From positions 1 to 56,746 of IMG/VR virus record IMGVR_UViG_3300045988_153221: DNA of 56,746 bases. One strand, written 5' to 3'. Positions 43,966 through 52,168 of the stretch are shown here, piece after piece. The notes under the pieces are model-generated. The model was given only the letters and a program-made list of their open reading frames with translations, did not search any database and was not told the DNA's origin. The DNA comes from a virus. Both the position numbers and the translations under genes were made by a program. Each line of letters begins with the position of its first letter. Position 1 is the stretch's first letter.

Positions 43966-44230
43966 TTTTATTCCCCTTTCCTTTTTTAAGATAATCACAT
44001 TGTATATATATTTTTAGGAAATGTCAATACATTTTTTAGAATATTTTTATGCTTTTATGTAAATAAGTTCTGCTTTGCCTTGTTTTATCACACTTTTTTG
44101 TCTTTAATTTTATGAAATTTTTTTATTTTTTTTTCATTTTTTTGAAAAGTAAAATTTAACCAAGTGTCAGTTTTTACAAATTGGAATATTTTGTAAAATT
44201 TACTTTGGTTTCTTGCAGTTTATTTTCATC

Positions 44231-44248
44231 AGGGCAATCACTTGCCCT
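44231..44248. repeat. inverted repeat AGGGCAA-TCAC-TTGCCCT
   Basis: A perfect 7-bp-arm palindrome in the 660-bp ORF-free region. Related GGGGCAA/GGGCAAT motifs lie at 44312..44330 and 44479..44493. Confidence 0.6.
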
Positions 44249-44513
44249 TTACCCTAATGTAAAAAATTTACAAATGCTCGTAGCCGTTGAAACTCTAAGG
44301 AAATATTTTTTGGGGCAACAGGGCAATTTTACCCCCCTATATTAATATATATATATTATATTTTAATTTACATAATTTCTTTATATACTATATATTATAT
44401 TTTAAAAGAAAGTTACCCTTTTACCCTAAAAGCTGAAAAAGTATTGAAATATAGCAACTTTCGAATAGGGAAATTTTCGGGGCATTGGGGCAAAGTGTAT
44501 TTTGGTGTGCCCT

Positions 44514-44526
44514 AACCCTACTCCCC
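44514..44526. repeat. C-rich box AACCCTACTCCCC, copy 1
   Basis: Exact 13-mer repeated at 44549..44561. Each copy is followed by a T-run. Confidence 0.7.
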
Positions 44527-44548
44527 TCCATTTTTTTATCTCTTTTTT

Positions 44549-44561
44549 AACCCTACTCCCC
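44549..44561. repeat. C-rich box AACCCTACTCCCC, copy 2
   Basis: Exact repeat of 44514..44526. Confidence 0.7.
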
Positions 44562-44625
44562 CTCTGACTTTTTTTCCTTTTTTTATACCAGTACCCCCAT
44601 CTTACTAGACTTTTTACTTCTTCTT

Positions 44626-44634
44626 TGATATAAT
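44626..44634 (+). promoter_or_regulatory. extended -10 element TGATATAAT upstream of the small terminase gene
   Basis: Lies 23 nt upstream of ATG 44657. Same 9-mer as at 20074 and 20175. Confidence 0.45.
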
Positions 44635-44656
44635 TTGTTTAAAGAGGTGTTATTTT

Positions 44657-45187
44657 ATGGAAAAAATGGGTAGAAGAAATATTGGTGCTATGCAAAATAG
44701 AGATAATGTTCCTAAAGATGATGTTAAAAAAGCTCTTGGATTTTCTATGAAGGTTGCTAAACTTTGTCCTGATAGGGTTCAATCTCCAGAAGAACTTGCT
44801 GATAGATTTGATGTTCTTTTTGAAATGGCTTATCAAGAAGGTGTTTTGCCTAGATACGAACACTTGGTCTTGGTCTCTGGACTTCCTAAATCTACTTTCT
44901 TTGATTATGGTAATGAAAATTATCAACATAGTCCAAATCCTAAATTTTCGGTTGTCATAAAAAAAGCAAAGTCTTTAATCTCCGCTTCCGAGGCTAATTT
45001 AGCAGCAACTGGGAAGATACCAGCACCAGTTTATATATTTCGTGAAAAGAACTATGGAGGGCTTAGAGATGTGCAAGAAATTCAGGCAACTAATACTTAC
45101 AACACAGACCCTAAAGACCCAGAAGAAGTTGTTGCTGCACTTCCAGATGTAGATGAGAAAGACTTTATCGAAATAAAAGATGAGTAA
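44657..45187 (+). CDS. terminase small subunit (gp3-like DNA-packaging protein)
   Basis: ...SPEELADRFDVLFEMAYQEGVLPRYEHLVLVSGLPKSTFFDY...FSVVIKKAKSLI...APVYIFREKNYGGLRD... matches the gp3-package pattern (PT..GLA..LG..Y...F...IK.AK...F.LKN.FGW.D). Confidence 0.6.
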   Translation: MEKMGRRNIGAMQNRDNVPKDDVKKALGFSMKVAKLCPDRVQSPEELADRFDVLFEMAYQEGVLPRYEHLVLVSGLPKSTFFDYGNENYQHSPNPKFSVVIKKAKSLISASEANLAATGKIPAPVYIFREKNYGGLRDVQEIQATNTYNTDPKDPEEVVAALPDVDEKDFIEIKDE

Positions 45188-45199
45188 TTCTTTAATTGG

Positions 45200-45218
45200 G
45201 CTAGAGACTTTCGACTTT
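45200..45218. repeat. 19-bp direct repeat GCTAGAGACTTTCGACTTT, copy 1 (within a cluster of six GACTTT units)
   Basis: Exact copy at 45259..45277. ACGACTTTG units lie between the two. Confidence 0.8.
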
Positions 45219-45258
45219 GGAAGGCTAACGACTTTGAAAGGTTTTACGACTTTGGCGA

Positions 45259-45277
45259 GCTAGAGACTTTCGACTTT
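45259..45277. repeat. 19-bp direct repeat, copy 2
   Basis: Exact repeat of 45200..45218. Confidence 0.8.
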
Positions 45278-45343
45278 CAGGGTATTTTTGTCAAGGAAAA
45301 AGTGTAGATATCTAAGAAAAATATGTATAAATCCAATTAAAAA

Positions 45344-45368
45344 GAAGCGGATAGATTTTTTCCGCTTC
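45344..45368. terminator. hairpin gaagcgga-N9-tccgcttc, possible terminator
   Basis: 8-bp GC-containing stem. The T-run is weak on the plus side. Confidence 0.4.
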
Positions 45369-45467
45369 TTCCGAATTATGTAAATTACGCAAAATACTAA
45401 TTTTGTGCAATGTTTACGGCATTTTTTAGGATTTTCTTGTAAAAAATAAAGGATATTAGTAAATTAA

Positions 45468-45489
45468 TATACACTAAAACGCACTAAAA
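45468..45489. repeat. direct repeat TATACACTAAA-N3-CACTAAAA, left copy
   Basis: Matches 47112..47133. The two copies bracket the inverted three-gene cassette. Confidence 0.7.
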
Positions 45490-45593
45490 TCAATTTTAAA
45501 ACACTTTTATTTTTTAGCAATATAAAAACATTAATAAAAAAATAAAATGTCTTATTTTGTGTATTTGATTTACATAAAATAATAAAACATAAT

Positions 45594-45617
45594 AAAAAAA
45601 GAAGCTTTTTAGCTTCT
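45594..45617 (-). terminator. rho-independent terminator (minus strand)
   Basis: Minus strand reads aagaagc-taaaaa-gcttctt followed by T7, directly after the shifted-frame stop at 45618..45620. Confidence 0.6.
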
Positions 45618-46170
45618 TTATTTCATTAGCTTTACGCAACCGAATTATTATAAATAATATTAAAAGAATTGGTAACATTAATATTATAACAGGAATGAAA
45701 AGCAATGTCAATATAACACCGCCCCAATTAAAAGCAAATTTGTTTTTTGTTTCCGCTTCTGGGCTTGTTTTTAGGTTGTATAGTTCTTGTTGTTTTTGTT
45801 CTTGATGTGATTTTTTTAATATTGCGTTATATTTCTTGTCAAAATGTTGTTCAAGTTCTTTTTTGCTGGGGATTGTTTCAAATCCGTTTTTGTCAATTTG
45901 TTTTATTGTGTCAAAATATTGTCCCAGAATTTCTTTTTTCCTGTCTCTGTTGTAAAATTCAAATATATATTCACTACCAAATTCTTTGAAATATTGGTCA
46001 AATTCCGTTTTTAGATGTAGTTCCAATTCGTTTTTATATCTTTTTAAGTTCTCTTTTTGTTCTTGCTGCTTTTTCTTTTCTTTTCTCTCTTCTAATCGTT
46101 CAAGTTGTTCAAGTTTCTTTTGCTTTTGCAATTCTTTTGATATTTCATCAACACTTCTAATCAATCCCAT
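45618..46170 (-). CDS. coiled-coil protein with C-terminal TM anchor; probable +1 shift at in-frame CGG 45640..45642
   Basis: ATG 46170 follows AAGAAGGGAA. The zero frame reads through the terminator to 45514 as low-complexity sequence. Skipping the C gives ...LILFIII-GCVKLMK* ending just before the terminator. Confidence 0.5.
45639..45645 (-). other. putative +1 recoding site ATT-CGG-T
   Basis: This is the only in-frame CGG not flanked by A. The evidence is the stop/terminator geometry. Confidence 0.4.
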
Positions 46171-46216
46171 TTTTATTCCCTTCTTTTCAATCAAAGCGGC
46201 ATTTTGCCGCTTGTTT

Positions 46217-46435
46217 TTATTTTTTTATACTCCATGCATTTATATTATTACAAATATAATTTTTTTGTAAATGATTTATAAGTAATTCGCAAGTTGTCGC
46301 AATGTCAATCTCTAAACCGTTTATGTCATCATCTAACCAATTTAAAATATTCTCATCGTTCCAAAATTCTTGATTTTCTAATTCTTCCAATAAATTAACT
46401 AATTTTATTATTTTTTCTTTATTCATTTTTACCAC
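46217..46435 (-). CDS. hypothetical acidic protein
   Basis: Track ORF. Confidence 0.55.
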   Translation of the reverse strand: MVKMNKEKIIKLVNLLEELENQEFWNDENILNWLDDDINGLEIDIATTCELLINHLQKNYICNNINAWSIKK

Positions 46436-46607
46436 CTCTTAAACTTTTCTTTTTTATTTTATTGTTGTAATACAATTGTTTAAAATCCAAATACTTAAAT
46501 TCATGAATTGACATTCTAAAATTATAAATAATAATATACAATTGATTTTTTGTAATATTTTTTTTATTTTCTTTTCTGTTTTTCTTTTCATTTGTTCCGC
46601 TTCCCTT

Positions 46608-47000
46608 CTATTCTTCTTCGTTTTCTTCGTTTTCTTCGTATTCTTTTATTTTCTCTTTTAGTTCGTCGCTTATATATAAATTGTCGTATAAGTCTATTAA
46701 TCTTTCTGTTATTTCTTCAATATTATTTTTCAATTCTTCTTCTAGTTCATAACTTCCACAGCTTTCTAAATTCCCATAAGCATTTATTTTTACATATTCA
46801 TCAGTATAATTATAATCGCCATAACACACAGCCCTTACAGCCTCTAAAGTATTGCTATAATAAATATCGAAAAATTCCTCGTCGTTTTCTTGATAGTCTA
46901 ACCAATCTAAAGAACCATCATAGCTATTAATATCTCTAACAAGTTCCAATAAATCCTCATTTTCTAATATATAATTTTTTAATTCCTCCATTTTCTTCAC
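46608..47000 (-). CDS. highly acidic protein (possible DNA mimic / anti-restriction)
   Basis: 130 aa, very D/E-rich including the C-terminal EENEENEEE. The function is inference only. Confidence 0.6.
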   Translation of the reverse strand: MKKMEELKNYILENEDLLELVRDINSYDGSLDWLDYQENDEEFFDIYYSNTLEAVRAVCYGDYNYTDEYVKINAYGNLESCGSYELEEELKNNIEEITERLIDLYDNLYISDELKEKIKEYEENEENEEE

Positions 47001-47111
47001 CTTTTAAACCTTTCTTTTTTTATTTTTTATTAGAGAATTGCAAGGGCTTTTCTACTTTTCCAATAACACCATTTTACTTGCTTTTTTTCTCTTCTCTTTT
47101 ATTATCTATAT

Positions 47112-47133
47112 TATACACTAAACTACACTAAAA
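47112..47133. repeat. direct repeat TATACACTAAA-N3-CACTAAAA, right copy
   Basis: Matches 45468..45489 (19 of 22 positions identical). Confidence 0.7.
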
Positions 47134-47659
47134 GTCAAGGTTTTTTATATTTTTTTTTATTTTTTTTATATTTTTTTATATGTGCATACTATATAAATTT
47201 AGTATAGTATTATATAGAAAAATAGTAGTATATATATTAATAGTGTATATTATATAAAACCGCTTATTGTGATGTGTTTCACATCAACACAATTATTATT
47301 TTATATTTATATATAACAATAAAATAATACAATCATATTATTGCAATGTATTATATAATCATTATTATATATATGTGTGTGTGCTGCATGATACATCAAC
47401 ACAATTAAATCATAATAAAATTATTTTATATATATCTTATTGCTTAACCTTATATTTTTACTTTTGTTATTTTTTATTTTTGGAGCTGATACAAACAAAA
47501 ATATAATTTGTTTTATTTTTAAAAAAATATTTGTTTTAATTGAAAAAAACACACCCGCAAAGGTTTTATTTTGTACCCACTCCGCCCCCTATATCCCATC
47601 AAGCCCCCACGGTCGCAAGTCATGCCCAAGTTGCTGTAAACAAATCTAATCACCCCCTA

Positions 47660-47688
47660 TTGACATTAGAAACCCAATATGATAAAAT
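47660..47688 (+). promoter_or_regulatory. promoter TTGACA-N17-TAAAAT
   Basis: Lies 24 nt upstream of ATG 47712 (RBS AAAGGAG) and is preceded by C-rich boxes. Confidence 0.6.
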
Positions 47689-47711
47689 AAAACAAAAAGG
47701 AGAATTTAAAA

Positions 47712-48716
47712 ATGAATAATAAAGATTTCATAGGTAAGAAATTTAATAATTGGGAAGTAATAGATTGGGTAATAGGAGAGAGAAAAGAAGTAGAATGGAT
47801 ATGTAGATGCAAATGCGGAAATATAAAGCAGCAAAAAGTAGATAATATAAAAAATGGAAGAAGTAAAATGTGTAAGGAATGTGCTAATAAAAAAAGAAAA
47901 CAGGAGAAGAAAGAGAAGGAAGAAAAAATATTGAAAATAAGATTTAATAAACATCTTAATTGGACAGAAGAAAACACATTTATAGGAACATATAATGAAT
48001 TTTTAGAAGAATGTAAAAGAAGAAAAGAAAAGCAACAAAAGGAGAAGAAAGCAAAAGAAAAAGAAGAGATAGATAAAGAGTTAGGTAAAAAGTATGGGAG
48101 ATTGAAAGTAATAGAAATAATAAAGCCCAAAAAAGGATTAACAAAATGGAGATGTAAATGTGATTGTGGAAATGAATATATAGGAATAGGAAAATATATA
48201 AAATATGGAAATATAAAGAGTTGTGGTTGTATAGCAAAAGAATTACAAGAAAATGCAATAGTTTATAAAAGGATATACAAAGTATTTAGAGGAATGATAG
48301 ACAGGTGTTACAATCCTAATAATAAAAATTTTAAAAATTATGGAGGAAGAGGAATAACAATATGTGAAGAATGGAAAAAAAATCCAAGAGAATTTATAGA
48401 ATGGGCATACGAAAATGGATATGATGAAAAAGCAAAAAAATGGGATTGCACAATAGAAAGGATAGATGTAAACGGAAATTACGAGCCAAGTAATTGTAAG
48501 TGGGCAGACATGAAGATGCAAGCAAAAAATAGAAGAAGAAGTGGAAGAATAGCGAAAAAATATAATATATATGGAAAAGAAATGACATCAAAAGAAATAC
48601 AAGAAAAATATGGAATAAGTCAACAATTATTTAGTTATAGGGTAAAAAAAGGAATGAGTAATGAAGAAGCGGTAGAAACAGAAATCAAATTAGGGAAAAA
48701 GTATGACAAAAGATAA
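47712..48716 (+). CDS. hypothetical DNA-binding-like protein with duplicated Cys clusters
   Basis: Duplicated W(I/R)C(R/K)C(K/D)CGN motifs and a conserved-looking RCYNPNNKNFKNYGGRGITICEEW block. 334 aa. Confidence 0.7.
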   Translation: MNNKDFIGKKFNNWEVIDWVIGERKEVEWICRCKCGNIKQQKVDNIKNGRSKMCKECANKKRKQEKKEKEEKILKIRFNKHLNWTEENTFIGTYNEFLEECKRRKEKQQKEKKAKEKEEIDKELGKKYGRLKVIEIIKPKKGLTKWRCKCDCGNEYIGIGKYIKYGNIKSCGCIAKELQENAIVYKRIYKVFRGMIDRCYNPNNKNFKNYGGRGITICEEWKKNPREFIEWAYENGYDEKAKKWDCTIERIDVNGNYEPSNCKWADMKMQAKNRRRSGRIAKKYNIYGKEMTSKEIQEKYGISQQLFSYRVKKGMSNEEAVETEIKLGKKYDKR

Positions 48717-48788
48717 AATTTCAAAAATGGGTTGAAAACGGTATCAAAATATGATATAGTAAAAAAGAAGAAAGGAAAAGGTGGTAAA

Positions 48789-49049
48789 ATGAAAGAAAGA
48801 GAAAGAAGAAGGCTAGATAAAGAAGAGAGAAAAATCTCGGAAGTAAAAAGGGCATTAGAACTAGTAAAAAGTAGGAACTTTAAGGAGTTAGAGAAAGAAT
48901 TTGAGCCTGAAACAGAATGTGAAAAGTGTTATTTTTGTATGAAACCAAATGATTTAATAAAAGGAAAAGTGCCAAGAATGTGTTTAATTGGACCAAGAGC
49001 ACTAGGAGAGAATATAAAAGGTTGTTATGGAGGTTGGAGAAAGAGATGA
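48789..49049 (+). CDS. hypothetical basic protein
   Basis: ATG 48789 follows AAAGGTGG (track start TTG 48732). Confidence 0.5.
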   Translation: MKERERRRLDKEERKISEVKRALELVKSRNFKELEKEFEPETECEKCYFCMKPNDLIKGKVPRMCLIGPRALGENIKGCYGGWRKR

Positions 49050-49225
49050 TAGAGAGATATGGAGATAGATACGAATTGCAATGTGATTTTTGTAGCAATT
49101 TTGAAGGAGATTTTTTAGAATTTCAAGAAGCAGTAGATTTTAAGAAAGCGAATAACTGGAAGAGTGAAAAAGTAGGAGAACAATGGTTAGACAAATGTCC
49201 AGAATGTAGGAGGAAAAGCGAATGA
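49046..49225 (+). CDS. small zinc-ribbon protein
   Basis: ATGA overlap after GGAGG. CDFC...CPEC. Confidence 0.55.
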   Translation: MIERYGDRYELQCDFCSNFEGDFLEFQEAVDFKKANNWKSEKVGEQWLDKCPECRRKSE

Positions 49226-49377
49226 AAATAAGATGTAAAAAATGTGGAAGAATAATAGATTTAAAAACAAGGACAATAATAGAATACTATTTAAAGGGAG
49301 GCATAGTAAAGTGTGTTAATTGTTTATATGACAACAAAAATATAAGAGAAGAGGAAGGAGAAGAAGATGAGCGATAA
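49222..49377 (+). CDS. 51-aa zinc-ribbon protein
   Basis: ATGA overlap. CKKCG...CVNC. Below the track cutoff. Confidence 0.5.
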   Translation: MKIRCKKCGRIIDLKTRTIIEYYLKGGIVKCVNCLYDNKNIREEEGEEDER

Positions 49378-49573
49378 TGATTTATATTTACAATATGTAG
49401 ATGAAATAGTAGAACAACTTAATCAGAAAAAAGCCAAAACGAGAGATGATATTCAAGAATATTTTGATTATTTAAAGAACGATTATATGGAAAGATTAGA
49501 GAGTGCATTAGATGAAATATTTGAAGATTATTGTGAAGAAAATAATTTGCATTGGAGTGATGAAGATGAGTAA
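49367..49573 (+). CDS. hypothetical acidic protein
   Basis: Track ORF. Confidence 0.55.
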   Translation: MSDNDLYLQYVDEIVEQLNQKKAKTRDDIQEYFDYLKNDYMERLESALDEIFEDYCEENNLHWSDEDE

Positions 49574-49784
49574 AGAAAGAGAAGAAACATTAAATGAAAT
49601 AAAAGAAAAATACAAAATAGCATTATTTATGGTTATAAGAAACTCACAAGTAATGCCAGCAGGTATGAAATTAGGAAAAAGTAAGAAAGAGATAAACAAA
49701 AAAGCTTATGAAACAATGTGTGAAGTAATAAGTATGATTGATTATGATAATGCGAGAAAAGAATATGAAGAAGGAAAGGAATAG
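49566..49784 (+). CDS. hypothetical protein
   Basis: Internal ATG overlapping the upstream stop. Confidence 0.55.
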   Translation: MSKEREETLNEIKEKYKIALFMVIRNSQVMPAGMKLGKSKKEINKKAYETMCEVISMIDYDNARKEYEEGKE

Positions 49785-49789
49785 TAAAG

Positions 49790-50305
49790 ATGAAATTCAA
49801 AGAAATGAGTAAGAGAGCGAAGTTCCATATAATATTTATGTTTATATGTGGAGTAATTGACATAATATTAAGTATTTTATCAAAAAATATATTGACCTTA
49901 TTTGTTGGAATAATGTTTTTATTAGAAATTTTAGAAACATATACAAGGGAGGAAAAAGACAAAATAATAAATAAATATAATGATGTATGCAATAATCAAA
50001 ATGACATGCTTAAATGGGCGATAAAAAAAATAGATGAATTAACAGCAATAAAAAAAGAACATGACAGAATAGAGAAAATGGTCAACAGTATAACAAAAGA
50101 GGATTTAGATTATGCAATCGAGCAAGCAAACAAAGAATATGTAGAGAAAAAAGAATTAAAGAAATATTTAGAAAAAGAGATAGAATTAGCAGAAATGAAC
50201 ATGGAAAAAGTAGAATACAAATCGGAAGCATACTGGAGTTATGAAGGAATGATAGCAGAATGCAAAGCAGCCATGGCAAGATTTGAAATAAATGAGGAGG
50301 AATAA
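49790..50305 (+). CDS. membrane-anchored coiled-coil protein
   Basis: Two N-terminal hydrophobic segments. Confidence 0.6.
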   Translation: MKFKEMSKRAKFHIIFMFICGVIDIILSILSKNILTLFVGIMFLLEILETYTREEKDKIINKYNDVCNNQNDMLKWAIKKIDELTAIKKEHDRIEKMVNSITKEDLDYAIEQANKEYVEKKELKKYLEKEIELAEMNMEKVEYKSEAYWSYEGMIAECKAAMARFEINEEE

Positions 50306-50308
50306 AGA

Positions 50309-50791
50309 ATGCAAGAATACATACATTATGGAAACAAAGAATTTAAAGAAGAATTATTTAGACGAATAAAAAACAGAGAAAATTTTGTAAAACCAAATGG
50401 AGGGCTATGGGCATCAAGAATAACAAAAGAAAGACCTTATGGAGATTGGAGAGAATGGGTAGATGCAGAGAATTTTTCGAATGAATTTGGGGAAAAATAT
50501 GGAAGAGATAACTTTTTCAAATTCCAATTAAAGAAAGATGCAAATATATTAATAATAAAAAGAGCAGAAGAATTATTAGCATTGCCAAAGATAGGAGCTA
50601 TATTTCCATTACCATTTGTAGTGTTAGATTTTGAAAAATTAGCAAAGGAATATGATGGAATAGAAGTATTAATGAGTGAAGAAGATAAATTAGATTTAGA
50701 AATAGGAAAAGGATTATATTGGGAATTATATGGCTGGGATTGTGATAGTTTATTAGTATTTAATAAAGATATAGTGGAGGTGTTAGAATAA
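50309..50791 (+). CDS. hypothetical protein
   Basis: Track ORF. Confidence 0.6.
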   Translation: MQEYIHYGNKEFKEELFRRIKNRENFVKPNGGLWASRITKERPYGDWREWVDAENFSNEFGEKYGRDNFFKFQLKKDANILIIKRAEELLALPKIGAIFPLPFVVLDFEKLAKEYDGIEVLMSEEDKLDLEIGKGLYWELYGWDCDSLLVFNKDIVEVLE

Positions 50792-50952
50792 TGGCAAAGG
50801 TAGTAGAATATAGAGAAAATCCAAACATAACAGCAAGATACTTCTGTGGAAAATGTAATGAAGAAATAGAGAATTTTAAATATGAGGCAGTAAGCATAAA
50901 GAGATACAAATATTGTCCATATTGTGGAGAAAAAATAGATTGGGAAAAATAA
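50791..50952 (+). CDS. 53-aa zinc-ribbon protein
   Basis: TAATG overlap. CGKC...CPYCG. Below the track cutoff. Confidence 0.5.
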   Translation: MAKVVEYRENPNITARYFCGKCNEEIENFKYEAVSIKRYKYCPYCGEKIDWEK

Positions 50953-50964
50953 AGGAGGATAAAC

Positions 50965-51162
50965 ATGGAAGAAAAAATGTCATTTTGGGAAAAAGATGTA
51001 AATGAAAGTATAAAAGAAGCAGGAAAAATGATTATAGATAAAGCAGACATGGTTTCTAGTGATTTAAAAGGTGTTCTAGGAATTGAAATAATAGTCAATA
51101 TAGACCCTGCTGCAATTGCAGAATTAAAAATAAATAAAAAATATGGAGTATTTTTTTCATAG
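50965..51162 (+). CDS. hypothetical protein
   Basis: Track ORF with RBS AAGGAGG. Confidence 0.5.
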   Translation: MEEKMSFWEKDVNESIKEAGKMIIDKADMVSSDLKGVLGIEIIVNIDPAAIAELKINKKYGVFFS

Positions 51163-51170
51163 GAGGTAAT

Positions 51171-51782
51171 ATGGATAATTTATTAGTTTTAGAAAACAAA
51201 GATGGATTTAGAGCAAATTTAAATTCAGATATAGTAAAAGAAATTTATTTATCTTTAAAAAATAGATACAATGAAAACAAATATTCAAATGATGCAATGT
51301 GTGCAATAGCTTGTTTAGGTTTCACATTATTAAAAGATTTTGATTGTATTTTAGAAGAAGAAGCAACTAAAAAGCAAGATATTGAAAGAACTAAAAAAAC
51401 AATAAAAAAGCTAGATTATTTTTTTGATAATATAAACAAAACAGACAAAGCATTTGAAGATTTAAAAAGACTAGATGGATTAATAGAATTTTATAATAAC
51501 CATAATTGTAAAATTCATGTTTTTCCTATTAATGCTAATACAAAAACATTTTTAGGATTTTTAATGCAAATAAGGATAAAAATAAATTCAAGAAAACAAT
51601 TCAAAGAATGTAATATAACTAAAGAAAGAATAGATATAAATAGTAACAATTTTTATGTTTCTGATATATCAATAAATTGTATATATGAGGGAGAGATAAA
51701 ATTAACTTCATATGAAAAATATTCACAAAATGATATAGATTATTTATCAAAGAGAGGTGTAGATATATTTTATGGAAAATAA
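51171..51782 (+). CDS. hypothetical protein
   Basis: Track ORF. Confidence 0.6.
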   Translation: MDNLLVLENKDGFRANLNSDIVKEIYLSLKNRYNENKYSNDAMCAIACLGFTLLKDFDCILEEEATKKQDIERTKKTIKKLDYFFDNINKTDKAFEDLKRLDGLIEFYNNHNCKIHVFPINANTKTFLGFLMQIRIKINSRKQFKECNITKERIDINSNNFYVSDISINCIYEGEIKLTSYEKYSQNDIDYLSKRGVDIFYGK

Positions 51783-52158
51783 AAAAGGAGATGAAATTCA
51801 TGATTTATTAAAACAAACAATAGCCAGAAAAGACATAGAAAGACAAATAGCAGATTTATTTTATAAACTATGTCCTCATGTTCCACCACAATTATTAGCA
51901 ACAACAGTAATGCAAACATTGGATAATTTTAAAAACCTAGAAAAAATGTATATTGGTGGTAACAATAAAAGAGATTATAGAGATGATGCAGCAGATGCTT
52001 TAAGATATGCAGTAGAATGTAGGTTAAACCCAGAATTATTTAAATGTAGTTATCAACAATCTTTAATCCCTACTAATGAAAATCCAACAGAAATAGCAAA
52101 GAAAATAGAAGAAGAAATGAAAAGAAGTTTTGAAACTCATATTCCAAGAATAGATTAG
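51772..52158 (+). CDS. hypothetical protein
   Basis: Track ORF. Confidence 0.55.
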   Translation: MENKKGDEIHDLLKQTIARKDIERQIADLFYKLCPHVPPQLLATTVMQTLDNFKNLEKMYIGGNNKRDYRDDAADALRYAVECRLNPELFKCSYQQSLIPTNENPTEIAKKIEEEMKRSFETHIPRID

Positions 52159-52168
52159 GAGGAAAAAT

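Noticed and set aside
46194-46212. Hairpin aagcggc-atttt-gccgctt with a strong T-run on the plus side, inside the minus-strand cassette.
   Set aside because: Its orientation fits termination of plus-strand (antisense) transcription, not of the local genes, and it overlaps a translation start region. Its function is unclear.
47607-47612. CCACGG hexamer in the 47.1-47.7 kb region.
   Set aside because: The region is intergenic. The only ORF covering it (47440..47649) looks spurious.
519-48591. Many antisense or alternate-frame ORFs in the supplied track. Examples: 519..755, 1073..1279, 1534..1884, 7066..7395, 8284..8637, 14351..14647, 20133..20396, 26108..26350, 28495..28818, 32160..32585, 38132..38494, 47440..47649, 47666..48130, 47980..48258, 48243..48521.
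   Set aside because: Their translations are F/L/I/S/C-rich low-complexity sequence, typical of the wrong strand of AT-rich coding DNA. They fully overlap longer ORFs that have recognisable motifs, RBSs and operon-consistent orientation.
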